Shown: piece after piece, positions 38,996 through 51,200 of the stretch
Layout: every line of letters begins with the position of its first letter
Numbering within the stretch: position 1 is the first letter of the stretch
Assembly (NCBI GenBank): GCA_030141605.1
Contig: JAQGDQ010000810.1
Location: 29,212 to 93,211, forward strand
DNA: 64,000 nucleotides
Direction: 5' to 3'
From: Tubiluchus corallicola
Lineage: Eukaryota > Animalia > Priapulida
Made by a program: the position numbers and the translations under genes
The notes under the pieces: model-generated
What the model saw: the letters and a program-made list of their open reading frames with translations, nothing else
Told to the model about the DNA's origin: nothing
The model's database searches: none

Positions 38996-41288
38996 CTCCC
39001 TCTCTCTCATTTCTCTCTCTTTCTCTCTCGTCTCTCTCTCTCATTCTCTCTCTCTCCCTTTCACTGTTTCTTCTCTCTCTCTCTCTCTCATTCTCTCCTC
39101 CCTTTCACTCTTTCTTCTGTCTCTCTCATTCTCTCCTCCGTTTTATTCTCTTCTCTCTCTTTCTCTCGCTCATTCTCTCCTCCCCCCTCTCTCTCTCTCT
39201 CTCATTCTCTCCTCCCTCTCTCTCTCACCTTCTTACCGACCACGTATGTGAGAACATAATAATTTTCAGCATATTATAATTTTAGATCATGGATATTTTC
39301 TGACGTTGCCTGCACTGTTATTGGTTTTACCAACGAATTCTTCATGATTGCCAGTTCGATGTCTTTGTGCAACATTACGATCAATCGTTACATGATGGTT
39401 TGCAAACCCATACAGGCCAAGACATTCTACACATACAAAAACTCATTTATTACTTGTGCAGGTATAACGAATGTAAGAAAGTTTGGTGCAAGTGCAACTG
39501 ATACGAGGAAAATTTGGCTTCTTGTTGAAATCTGGTACAGTCATACCTCGGTTTTCGACCATAATTCGTTCCTAAATGTGTTTGAAAACCGATTTGGTTG
39601 AGTACTGAATCATTAATTCCCATAAGAAATAATGTAAAAGCAAATAATCCGTTCTCAAGCACCCAATGAACTGTAAAGTATTACTAAAATGAAATATAAT
39701 AATGCAAAAATGTTTATCTAAACAGTAGATATGATATAATTGATAAGAAAAACATAATAGAATTCTTAGAAAGCAAAACAATTATTCCTGCATGAAAAAA
39801 CCTTACGTGTTGGTAGCAGTGTGATGGTATACGTAAGCAAGAGTGTGTGACTACTCTCGGGCGCGGTCGGTTACGCTCGGCTCTACTCTGCTCGCCGCGC
39901 ATGCGTTCATCAGGTGCTTGGCGGTTGGTCGAGTACCGAAATTCTGGTCGAGAACTGAGACAATTTCAACTCGATTTTTCTGGTCGAAAAACTGATTTGT
40001 ACGAGTACCGAGACGTTCGAAAACCGAGGTATGACTGTACTAAGAATTTTTAGTATACAGTAATTCTGGTACAGGTAAATTTGGTACTGTGCTCTTTGGG
40101 TGTAAGAAATTTTTGGTACTAAAAAAATCTAGTGTGAAGAATGTTGGTAGAAGGATAATTATCGTAAAAGGAAATCATCACTGTTATCATCATCATCACC
40201 ATCGTCACCACTGTTTTCATCATCAACATTATTGGCATCACTATGGCTCTGCTGTCACTATTACTGTCATCGAAATCCATCTTTATCTATTGGCATATAA
40301 TAGTAGTAGTGACGATGATGACGATGATGATTATGATGTTTGCACACAACAATATGACTACCAACACCACTGTTAAGACCTTTAGTACCAACACCATTAA
40401 CAACAGCAACAACAGCAATGACGACGACAACAACAAAAACAATACCAGCAGCAACAACAACAACAAACAACAACAACAGTAACAGCAACGACGACGACAG
40501 CTACAAATAAATGCGCAGTTCGCGTGTAAAAAGTAGAACTGTGAAGTACAGCAATTCCGGCTAAATGTTCAAATTTCTATGCATATGTTTTTTTTTCAGT
40601 TTCCTGGTTGTTAGCTTTAATTCAATCTGTTGCACCCCTTTTCTTTAACGGTTACGACTACCTTCCTGTTCAGAGCATTTGTTTCATTGTACCATGGAAA
40701 AATCCCGTCTACATGGGCAGTCTCTGTGCCATTGTTTTTCTGGGGTGCGTTGGTATCATGTCTTACTGTTACTGGAACATTCTTACAGAAGTACGCAACA
40801 GCAGGATGCGAACTGTCACAATACCAGCTAACAAAACAGCACCAAAAGCTGATACTACACAAAAAGTGATGACACAATTTCAATCAAGGACATCCACGCA
40901 TGCGTCTGAGTTTGCTGCGCCATCACGTTGTCAAAATGCTGCAGAAACCGAAGAAATGGCCGACAAGACATTGCTTCGAACTGTTCACATCTCCACCGTT
41001 GATTCACAGTCCACTAAGAAACAACACAAGTCGTTTGACAACCGTAAAAAAGACGAGCTGCGATTGGCCATTTCCTTCCTCATCGTGTTCGTAGTCTTCA
41101 TTGTCTGCTGGGCTCCCTACACGATAGCCAGTATCGTATGGGCATTTACCGATATTCAAATTCCAACTCAGTGTGAGGAGGTCGCCATATTGTTAGGGTA
41201 CTCAAACAGCTGTTGGAATCCGGTCATATATGGCGTCCTAAACAGGAACTTCCGGAAAGGATACAAACGTCTGCTGTGCGGAAAATAG
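35223..41288 (+). CDS. Class A (rhodopsin-family) GPCR, melatonin-receptor-like orphan, 383 aa; join(35223..35265,36844..37087,39286..39461,40600..41288)
   Basis: Exon phases are consistent (1152 nt). Motifs: N-terminal sequons NCS/NTS, TM1 GN, TM2 FAFAD, ECL1 WIFSDVAC, TM3 INRY, TM6 CWAPY, TM7 NSCWNPVIY, helix 8 NRNFRKGY. There is no opsin lysine in TM7. Confidence 0.92.
35718..35970. mobile_element. Short MITE (caggggcgtagc...gctacgcc)
   Basis: Imperfect TIR ggcgtagccagg/cctagctacgcc; no clean TSD. Confidence 0.55.
36158..36778. mobile_element. Kolobok-like MITE, family 1, truncated inverted copy
   Basis: TTAA+aggacaagaaaaggggcacctgaagtagg; reverse complement of ~7900-8519. Confidence 0.85.
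37047..38677. repeat. 48-bp minisatellite made of the GPCR exon end plus splice donor, 34 copies
   Basis: Unit gtcatcgatctaccgttcactattattgccattgttcatgg|gtaagta. Confidence 0.97.
38880..39232. repeat. CT-rich microsatellite region
   Basis: (CT)n with interruptions. Confidence 0.9.
39538..40037. mobile_element. Tc1/mariner (Tigger-like) MITE
   Basis: TA TSD; TIR cagtcatacctcggttttcga/tcgaaaaccgaggtatgactg. Confidence 0.9.
40175..40500. repeat. Compound trinucleotide repeats (CAT/GAT/CAA)
   Basis: Direct inspection; intronic. Confidence 0.85.
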
Positions 41289-41472
41289 TCAATTATTTTA
41301 GACGAAGACAACATTTATTTTCCATCGCTCATTTTAGCAGGCAGCATTAGCATCAACGGCTATATATATATATGTGTGTCTGTCCTGGCGTTAGCAACCA
41401 CTAGATTCGAACTCAAGACTACGTGCAGTCCAAAAACTAGGAAAAATTGACCTAGGATAACCTTCTGTTTAT

Positions 41473-42322
41473 TTAAAGGAAGGAACAAGTCACTCAGTAT
41501 GTTGGGTTCATTTTACTGTTATCACTTAAACTGTTTGTGGTGTGCTAGAGGAAAGAACAAGTCACTCAGTATGTTGGGTTCATTTTACTGTTATCACTTA
41601 AACTGTTTGTGGTGTGCTACAGGAAATAACAAGTCACTCAGTATGTTGGGTTCATTTTACTGTTATCACTTAAACTGTTTGTGGCTTGCTAGAGGAAAGA
41701 ACAAGTCACTCAGTATGTTGGGTTCATTTTACTGTTACCACTTAAACTGTTTGTGGTGTGCTAGAGGAAATAAGTCACTCAGTATGTTGGGTTTATTATA
41801 CTGTTATCACTTAAACTGTTTGTGGTGTGCTAGAGGAAAGAACAAGTCACTCAGTATGTTGGGTTCATTTTACTGCTATCACTTAAACTTAGAAAAATAT
41901 AACAAAGAAATTTGCAAAGAACTGCCTGTAAAGCATCAATTTAAAATATACTACCTCTGAGTAGAAATTTTCAGACGTGGTGGTTGCCGCCATTCACTTG
42001 AAAATCGTGACGTAACTGGGAGACTTTGTGAGTTTTCGAAGAGCATTGTGGCTTTCCGTAAGCGCGTGCTGCTTAAACTAATTCAAATTTTTGCAGCTTA
42101 TCTAATGTTCATGCAAAAGTATCACAAAATTAGCTATCTATTCTTTTTGTAAAAACTTATTATGACGAATGGGTGTTCAAAATGGGAGCGCCCAAGCATG
42201 AAGTGATCGTGACTTTAAAGTGATTTTACTAATTACACGAGGCGCTTATAACAGTTTTATTACTAAATCCTTCTAACATTGAAATAAGCCTAACCTCTTA
42301 GACGGTTTCTGTTTTCCTTTAG
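41473..42322. mobile_element. Kolobok-like MITE, family 2, with a 72-bp terminal array (41480-41890, ~6 copies)
   Basis: ttaaaggaaggaacaagtcactcag start; body homologous to 58243-58831. Confidence 0.75.
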
Positions 42323-42862
42323 TAGTCATTGGTACAGATTATGCAAACAAGACATCATTGATAAATACTTAGAGCTGATGTCAACATAGCACAATCTACT
42401 ATCTTTCTTCCTACTATTTCCACTAACACATCATTCTTCCCTTCCTGTGTAATCCAACCTTTCTCCCAGTTCTTTTTTTTTTGTTCACTCATCCATTCTT
42501 TTTTATCGGGTTCACATGACAGTGGGCTTATACAAGCCTTTGCTTCTCTAGTCCACTGCAGTACAATTATTCTTTTATGATAACGATAGTGTATGAAACA
42601 TAATTACATAATTTATTACAATGTGGTGTAACTATTTTGATGTCACTGTGTATTACACGTCACTGAATAATAATAATAAATAATAATAATAATAAACGAC
42701 AAGTTGAATTTCATTGATTCATTCATTGACACTTTCACATTTAAAAAAAAGCTACTATATTATTAACTACTACTTATACTACTGAAAGGCAATAAGCGGC
42801 ATGTTTTCTCGCTGAAGGTGTAACATACCGTCTGCAAATTTCTTGTGGTTTAAAGTGTTTAA

Positions 42863-43383
42863 AGGAAAACCAGACGATTGATTAGACTCAATCTCAATTT
42901 AATTTGTTTCATTTTCCAAAATATGCATTTTCTTGCCTATGAAAATTAGGAATTTGAATAATTACCTCGGAAAGTTAATTAAGAAATACCGAACAGAGCT
43001 ACGTCACAAATTAACCACAGTTTGTGCAACGGCAGGCATATTCCCTGCACGTCAAGCACGTTTGCGCAAGCGAACATTGTTATAAGACGCTGATGTGACG
43101 TCACGAAAATGAGTTCTAAGTCACCCTGACCTCACAGACGAACACTGCAGTTCATGATCGTGCTTATCACGGTACCGCGCCTATTTATCGGCCATGCGCA
43201 TATCAGTCTTAGTGAATTCCCTGAGCCGCGCACAGCTTTGAAAGTTTAACAAAGTTTAACTATCCGAGGTAATTATTATTTAATCTAAGCTTTGATTAAG
43301 TTTAAATTTATTTGATTTAAGTTTTTCACATTTTAGAGCCACTTTACTTTGAACTAATGTTTACACAATCATCCGGTTTTCCT
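42863..43383. mobile_element. Kolobok-like MITE, family 3
   Basis: TTAA TSD; TIR aggaaaaccagacgattg/caatcatccggttttcct; internal inverted aataattacctcgga. Confidence 0.8.
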
Positions 43384-43732
43384 TTAACGATTGTGTGTGA
43401 TATTGAAAATTACATGAGTATGACCATAAAGGAACGCAGAACATGACGGCTGTAAATGATTGAAGGTAAAATTTGAAATTAGATTAAAAAACGAAAAATA
43501 TATTTTCACTTTTTGTAGGTACAGTACTTTCTATCGCCCTTCCATTTATTGATCATCGTCACTAAGTTTCGACCCCAGACTTTTGCAATAAGCCTTTTCA
43601 CAGTTCCAGCGATTAATGATGATCGTGAAAAGGTCAAAGGTTAAGTGTACCAGACAACACATTTGTGTATACCTGACAACGCCTTGCAGCCATGCTGTTG
43701 TATTAGTAGTAGCAATAAAAAGAAAATGTTAG

Positions 43733-43733
43733 A

Positions 43734-43767
<34 letters not shown>

Positions 43768-43805
43768 GTGGTAGTAGTAGTAGTAGCAGTAGTAGTAGTA
43801 GTAGC

Positions 43806-43842
<37 letters not shown>

Positions 43843-43902
43843 ATAGTAATAGCAAGAGCAACAGCAGCAACAACAACAACGTCAACAACAACAACAACAA
43901 CA
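43733..43902. repeat. Compound microsatellite (AAT)(AGT)(AAC)
   Basis: Direct inspection. Confidence 0.92.
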
Positions 43903-44505
43903 CTTATGCTTTCTACTTGCACCAGCATATGCCGATTTTAAATCATATCGTAAACATGTTCACAACTTCTGCTAAGCATCACAAGATGGCGCTATTAAAT
44001 ATACATACATACGTATATTCAGGGTTGGATTACCAACAAGCTAGTATAGGCTGCAGTGTATATTCAGGGCCTGCCTCTGAAGCCCTTCTATTTGAAATAC
44101 AGTTTCAGCTATGCAAACATTACTAAATAATTATCACAAGTAAAAAAATATTCGAAACAAGCTCGAGCAAATGAAAGGGTGGTCATAGTCCGACCCTGCG
44201 TGTATTTGTTACGTACATCGTCGGCATACAGTAGGTAATTTATATACGTAATTCTTAATTTACGCGTAACGTTTTGAATTTAATCATTCATGAGTTTGAA
44301 AACAAGGTGACAAAATTCCACCTTGCCTAAATGACAATCGTAACTCTAAAAGGGTTATCTCATTGTGTTGTCGAGTTTATGTTAGCTGCAAACGCAAACA
44401 CCCAAGTAATGTAATAATTTAATTTTATTAATAAATATTAGTGTAGTGTACGGGTCCAAATAAATTAGTTCTATGATTTACAAGTTATAGCCAAAATAAT
44501 GAATG

Positions 44506-45429
44506 TTAAGACTCCGACGGGTAGAAGCCACCATAACCCCGGTTGTAGCTATTATAATCCGGTGTCAGGACAGAACCGTAACCACCATAACCATAGCCGC
44601 CGGACGGGCCACTACTCAGGCCAGAACCGTAACCACCATAACCGTAGCCGCCGGACAGGCCACTACCAAAGCCAGAACCATAACCGTAGCCGCCGGACGG
44701 GCCACTACCAAAGCCAGAACCGTAACCACCATAACGAGAGCCATAACCACCATATCCCGAGCCGAGACCATAGCCACTGTAACCACCATAACCGCCATAT
44801 CCCGAGCCTGTTCCGTAGCCGTAACTGTAACCGCGACTGTAACCATGTCCCCTGCCTTGTCCGTACCCGCCATAACCAGCACCATAGCCCGGAGTTCCGT
44901 AGCTGTAACTCTGGAAATAGCCGTTAGGAGCGCGCGGGGGCATGGCATACACTACAGTTACCTGAAATATAGAATAAAGTACTAAGTTATATAACAGAGG
45001 CAGTTTGAGCATTGAGCATGTCCCAAAAACTAGCAGACCACACAAAGTTATATTACTTAACAGAAAACTTAGCAGACCACACAAAGTTATATTGCTGTAC
45101 AGCATGTCCCAAAAACTTAGCAGACCACACAAAGTTGTTTACTGCAATTTTACAGAATGTCCCAAAAAACTTTAAGCAGAGGCAGTTTAGTATCTGTAAA
45201 AGTGATGACTCCAGAAAATTCTTCCAAGGCGATGGTATTATCGCATAAGTGAACTAAAGAATTTAAAAAAATGTTAAAAAGTTGAGCTTTAATGAAACCA
45301 TTTTCTTTTTTTAAGCTTTAATCATCAGTACAGTAACGAAAAAGAATATTCTCGATAAGTACCACATTAGTAACTTACTATTGCCAACAGGACAGAGATT
45401 ACGACGACTAGTCCGCCTGCAGTTTTCAT
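44506..45429 (-). CDS. Secreted Gly/Tyr-rich structural protein, 168 aa; complement(join(44506..44961,45379..45429))
   Basis: Signal peptide MKTAGGLVVVISVLLAI|VTVVYA is split by a phase-0 GT-AG intron, followed by GGYG/GYGSG repeats. There is an upstream non-coding exon with a donor near 45562 and AATAAA near 44424-44429 on the minus strand. Confidence 0.88.
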
Positions 45430-45630
45430 TTTGGTTTTTTGAATTTTTCTGCAACAAAAAATGAAATACTGTCAAGTCGAAAGCATGGACTGATAATACA
45501 TAATATTACACAGCATTTTTCGATTAGCTAATATAACAACGAAAATGAACGTTTCTACTTACCCGGATGTGAAAACAGAAGCAGAAACGTGAAAATGAGA
45601 CCGAGTCTAGCGATTGTCCTCTCCCGATGT

Positions 45631-45640
45631 GTTTATATAC
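45631..45640 (-). promoter_or_regulatory. TATA box of the Gly/Tyr-rich gene
   Basis: GTATATAAAC on the minus strand, about 30 nt upstream of a short 5' exon that ends in GG|GTAAGT. Confidence 0.6.
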
Positions 45641-46339
45641 TATTGTGGAACAAACCATTCAGCTACAGCGGGGGGTGGCGCATGCATTGTCCCAAACTCA
45701 AAGCTTCAATTTCAAAAATTCTACAGTAATAAAAGTAACCACAGGAGATAATAACTGACGACTGTGTGACAATTTGTCCAGCTGGTTTCTAAAATTCATT
45801 TAAACTGTACGCACAAAATTCCCCTGTGTTAGTTTACGTACCATAAATAAATTTACCCCGTAAGAAGCGAAATTGTAACCAGTTTGAATAATCTAGACGC
45901 CCAAGGCTTGAATGGCTGTTTTATTGAAACCTGTCTGTAACTGTACTTAAAGCACAACTGTAGGTGAAAATAATCTACTCTTTAAAATACTGAAAGCAAA
46001 CATACTATTTTATCAAAAACTACTTTAATTTATTGAGTATTTATTAAGTAAATTTCATACTATTAAAAAATCACAAAATGAAAGAATGATTACGATTACC
46101 ACAGCAACAGAATTTCGCGTTTGCGCCACTAGTTCTTCATTTTGCAATTCCCTAGTTAGACAGGCACTAGCGCCTGCATTTCCGAAACGCATTATACAAA
46201 AGCAGGTGCTGTACCTCTTTGTTCAGATGTGTTAGTTTGTGACGTACCATTAACAGTGACTTTTGAACATTAATAAGCATAAAAAATTAACACACCAACC
46301 TTTTTTTCACTTGAGCAAGACGGTTAAGAATGCCTCTCT

Positions 46340-46342
<3 letters not shown>

Positions 46343-46398
<56 letters not shown>

Positions 46399-46399
46399 C
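46343..46399. repeat. (CT)n microsatellite
   Basis: Direct inspection. Confidence 0.95.
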
Positions 46400-47022
46400 A
46401 TTTTCTTTACTGTTACTCGTAGACTTAGTGACTTTATTAACTGGTCTACGGTTTCAACAGAAGACCATACTTAAGGTGAACAGACAATTTCAAACTAATA
46501 ACAGTTGGATATTGCAAATACTCATCAATCCGATATTTTAGGTATTCTATAGATAAGCAGGTGGCGCCATCTATAAACAAAAATTTGACATATCATTCAG
46601 TGTACAGCAGAATCATCGTAGAAAACTTGAAGTTCCCAGTAAGTTTGGGTACAGGTTAAATTTGGTTCTGGTAAATTTGGTACTAAGAAATTTTGGTACT
46701 GCAGAAAATTTTCTACTAGAATTTTTGGGACAGAAATAGTATGAAAATTTTAGCACTGGGAAAAATAAAAAATTTGTATAGTACTTTTGATAGAAGTAAA
46801 TCTGGCAAAATGGTACGGAACAGGTTTGGTGCTAGGAAAGTTTAGTCCTGGAAAAGTTTAGTACTAAACAAATTTGATACAGAGAAAGTTTGGTACAAGA
46901 AAAGTTTGTTACTATAGGAAAATGTCTTTTCTATAACTTACTTTAAAAAGTTATAGACGTACATAGCCTGCACTAGTCTTTATTTGGTTTTTTGTTTAAT
47001 TTCTAATTTTTTGGTACTTCAG

Positions 47023-47028
47023 TGTTAC

Positions 47029-47081
<53 letters not shown>

Positions 47082-47355
47082 GTCTGTCACTCTTATTTTG
47101 TGATCATCTTCATCATAGTAATCCTCATCATCATCATCATTACTGTCATCACTGTAATTTTTGTTGTTTTGTTACTGTTGTCATTGCTGTTGCCAAATTA
47201 CCATTATTATTTTTGTGGTTATTGTCGATGTCATCGTTGTTGTTGCCATTATTTGCTTGTTTCTTGTTTGTCACCATCATCGTCATCATCATCATCATCG
47301 TTATCGTCGCTATCGTCATCGTTACATTTGCTCTTTTATTGCTGTTGTTGTTGCA
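47023..47355. repeat. Compound trinucleotide repeats (TTG/CAT)
   Basis: Direct inspection. Confidence 0.88.
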
Positions 47356-47904
47356 ATTATTTTGAAAAAGATATAGAAAGTCTCTCTCTTTCTGTTTAGT
47401 GCCAAATTTTCCACTACCAAACATTCCTAGTACGAAATTCTCCCAGTACCATATTTTCATAGACTCACAGTACCAAAATTTTCTTGTACCGCATTTTTAC
47501 GGTACCACTATATTAGTGGTTACCAAACATTCTCTATTATAGACTTTGCTTGCACCAAAAATTCCTTGTACCTGAAGACTATAGTACAAAATTTTTCTGT
47601 ACGAAAATTTCCATGTGACAGTACCAATTTTGACAGTTCCTGACTTTCCTCGTACCAAATTTACCAGTACTAAACTTGTCGGTACCAAACATTTCTACAT
47701 TTTCCTTGGAGCACATTTTCTTTCTGTACGTTAAACCCTTTCTCAGTGTGTTAAGAATTTATGAACTTATGAAGAGAGTGTGAAATTCGGAAATTGAAAA
47801 AGTCTGTTGAGCTTGAATCAATGCCTAATTATGGCTAACCTGTCCCAATTTAACCTTCTCTCATACAGACGCGGACTAGTCAGTTTCCTTAATGAGAATA
47901 TCGT

Positions 47905-48040
47905 TCATGGTTCTGGAACGTCGAACATGCATACGTCACAGCTGGTCGACATTCCGTCTGTCAGAATCACTCCAGTTATTTATAGCAAAGCGACGAGCGG
48001 CATGTTCTAGAAAATCCCCCCGCTTTTATCAGCTGAAATA
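47905..48040 (+). promoter_or_regulatory. sHSP promoter: HSE-like, MEF2-like and E-box motifs
   Basis: TTCtgGAAcgTcg (47911), TTCtaGAAaaTcc (48005), TTATTTATAG (47976-47985), CAGCTG at ~47939 and ~48030. Confidence 0.5.
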
Positions 48041-48275
48041 TATTGACTGGGGACGCGGAGAGAGCTGAGATTCAACCTCGGAGTTTGACGGATTCACAAG
48101 TTCCACCAGTTTTGCGTGAGTTGAAATATCTGTCCGTGTCGTCTGCGCAGATCAATAACAATTAATATACGGGTAGCTGCTGCTGCTGTAGTGCGTAGTA
48201 AGCTGCAGTGAACAGAAGTTACTACTGTATGTGATTGTGTTCTGTGAGCTTCCGTACAATAGCTAGTGGTGAACA

Positions 48276-51200
48276 ATGGCGCAGCCGGGTACACACACGA
48301 CAACAAAAACGACCTACAGAACCGAAAAGAATATAAAGTTGGTTCCAACTACCAAGCTAAATTTCAGGCTGGTGGATCGCGAATTCGATTCCAAACCGGA
48401 TCGCATGCGAGCCGAAATTCAGCGCATGGAGCAGGAGATGGAAAAGCTGAGGAAGGAGTTTTGGGGTGGAGCCGGCTTTCCGGGTGGAATGTCCCCGTTC
48501 GGCAGCGGCGATAACACCTCTTCATCAACACGTCAGGTCACCTCCATTACCAGGACGTCGCGATCTACGCAGGGCTCAGAGATGGGAAAAGATTTTCCCA
48601 CCCACGATTTTTCAGCCGACTTTCCTTCAAGAGATCTTAGCAGTTCCATGCCACCCATGGTGACTAGTATGGGAGGGGGCGACATGTCATCATGGATTCT
48701 TGGAAGTCAGAACAGCCCCCTGGTCAGGGAAGGGGAAGACGGAAAGGAGTTGAAATTACGGTTTGACGTCAGCGAGTATCAGCCTGAAGAATTGGAGGTG
48801 AAGACAATCGATAATAAACTGCAGGTTCATGCAAAACACGAGGAAAATACAGAAAACAGAAAGGTAAGGTTAAGTTAGAGCTTTATGTTAAGCATCATTG
48901 TGTAATTTGAATTATGAATTATGAATTTATTCCACAGCAACTCAAACATACATACAAGTTGATATTACATTGAAAAAAAGTAAATAAACTATGCGAGTTA
49001 CTGTGAGGAGGAGGAAGGAGCATTGAGCTTTCGAGTCCTCCTCCAGATAAGCGAAACAATTGACAATTAACATTACATTTTCATCAGTTGTAACGTACAT
49101 TAGAACAAAATAAGTTTTGTTTGTAACTTAGGATCAGGATGAGTAAAATTGTGAGTTAATGATACCGTTGTAGTAGGTAATTCTTTAATGCTTTTTTAAA
49201 TTGATAAAGATTAAGAGTATTCATTTCACGCGGAATTGATGAACATATTTTAATAGCATCGTATTTTGATGACTGTTTCGTTATATTTGTTTTTGGAAGA
49301 GGGAGTACATAGTTTTCGATGAATATCTTGTGTAACGATCATGTTGATTTGAAACTGGACTAAAGTATGACTGTAATCTGTTTGATACCTTCATTAATTA
49401 GTGCGCTACAGACATCCTATAATGTCATTTTAGAAAATCAAACAGATAAATTAACTAAATTTTGGAATTATGTAAATGTTAAAAATTAAACATTTTTGCT
49501 GTAAAATAGCTTCAGAACTGCGTAGACGGGAAGGGGTGACGTCACTATAAGTATAAACAACTGTAAAATAAGACGCACCGTTTAAGTCATAGTTACAGCC
49601 TGTCATGTGCCAAGACCCACCGTTCAGACTTGCGTTTATTACGGGTACGCAGTGAACGCACGCTTACGTAATTGAGTGCTAGCTTTATAATAGCTATACT
49701 GAAGTGGCAGTGTGGGTGGACCTTTACTAACTGCAAATTTTTTCTTCCCACAAGATGCATATTTATTTAAATTCACACCAAGAACTACATTAACTTTTTG
49801 ATTGATTTAATTGATCTTAATTGATTTGATTGATTGATTAGATTGATCTAAGCTTAATTTTCTAAATTCCTCATCTTGGTGGAACTTTCGTGTGAGCTTA
49901 TGTATAGCGTTGAATTGCAAACAACGGCTAATATGCCTCTAACTCAGAGAATTATCCTTGATAATCATATGGGTGCTGGTACAGCCACAACCATCTACAT
50001 TAACTAGGCCCTGCCGTATTCCGGCTTTCACAGCGTCGAATTGCATGTGTAACAAATTTAAGAAGTATTGTGTACTAAAGTACAATACTTAATTACTTAT
50101 AGCACCTGTGCTACCATCTACAGAGTTTTTCAAAAGGTGGCCCACCGTCGTGACACACGATTTCGTTTGTTAATGATTATTAATTATTTTTGAAAACCAA
50201 TCTTTTTATTAATTTAATTCGTTAAATTAGTTAGAGAAATGAGGTCGGTAACCCAATGATAAATCAAACATTTACATTTTGATATCAAACTTAAAAGATG
50301 GAAATGTAGAAAAGTTGAGATACAGCTTGGATTTGAACCAGAGACCTTCGGCCAACTGAATTCGGCATTTTCAATGTGATTTTAACTAATTATTTTTACT
50401 TTGATTAATTAATTAATCCTCGCAGGTATGTCACCTAAATTAGGTAATTTTGAAATACTAGAATTTTTCAACATACTTTACAAATACAATTACTTTGTGG
50501 GAAAGCAAGGCTGTCATCAATTCTTGGATACTGGGATGCCATGTCGACCATCCAGTTACTCCGCCAAACCCAGTAAGGCATGGTAGCAGCTGTTGATCGC
50601 TTTTGTTCTGCACTGAGTTTCTATGTAAAATAAAAGTATTTTATTGACTATTTGTAAGTATTTTATTAATGGTAAGCGATTCTTGATGCTCTACTGTACA
50701 TAATGCCCACAATAGTGTAACAGACACACACACACACGGGCCAAACTCCATTAAAATATGACGGTAGAAGCCCAAAATTAATTAAATTTCGATACCTTGA
50801 AAGACAGCAAATGTAAAAACGTTGTGTTGCTGCCGGTATTCGAACCAGGGATCTTCTGCTTACATTGCAGACGCTCTTACCACCAGGCTATTGCATCTTC
50901 TAGTGTTAAAATGCAGTCTGAAAAAGATTAGTGAACGATTAGTGGCTAGAGATTAAGGAAATCTCTAAAAAAGATTAGCGAACGATTAGTGATTAGAGAC
51001 TAAGAAATTTCTAAAAAAGATTTGTGAAATATTTAAAGATATGTGACTCCATTAAAATTAATCTAATTAGTTGGAATTGCCCAGGTATGAGCGGCGTAAC
51101 CGTGGAAGGAAATACTGAATTTGGTTATCCATTTATAAAGTAAAACCTCGGACTGCTTTCACCATTAGAATGTGCAGTGGCCTAGTGGTTGGAGTATCTG

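Noticed and set aside
40608-41288. Opsin
   Set aside because: TM7 has LLGYSNS, with no retinal-binding lysine.
44499-44985. Plus-strand His/Asn-rich and Thr/Ala-rich ORFs
   Set aside because: They are antisense shadows of the Gly/Tyr-rich exon, which has the signal peptide, splice sites and TATA box.
40089-47460. Poly-His, poly-Leu, poly-Thr and poly-Asn ORFs at 40.1-40.5, 43.6-43.9 and 47.0-47.4 kb
   Set aside because: They are trinucleotide microsatellites in intronic or intergenic DNA.
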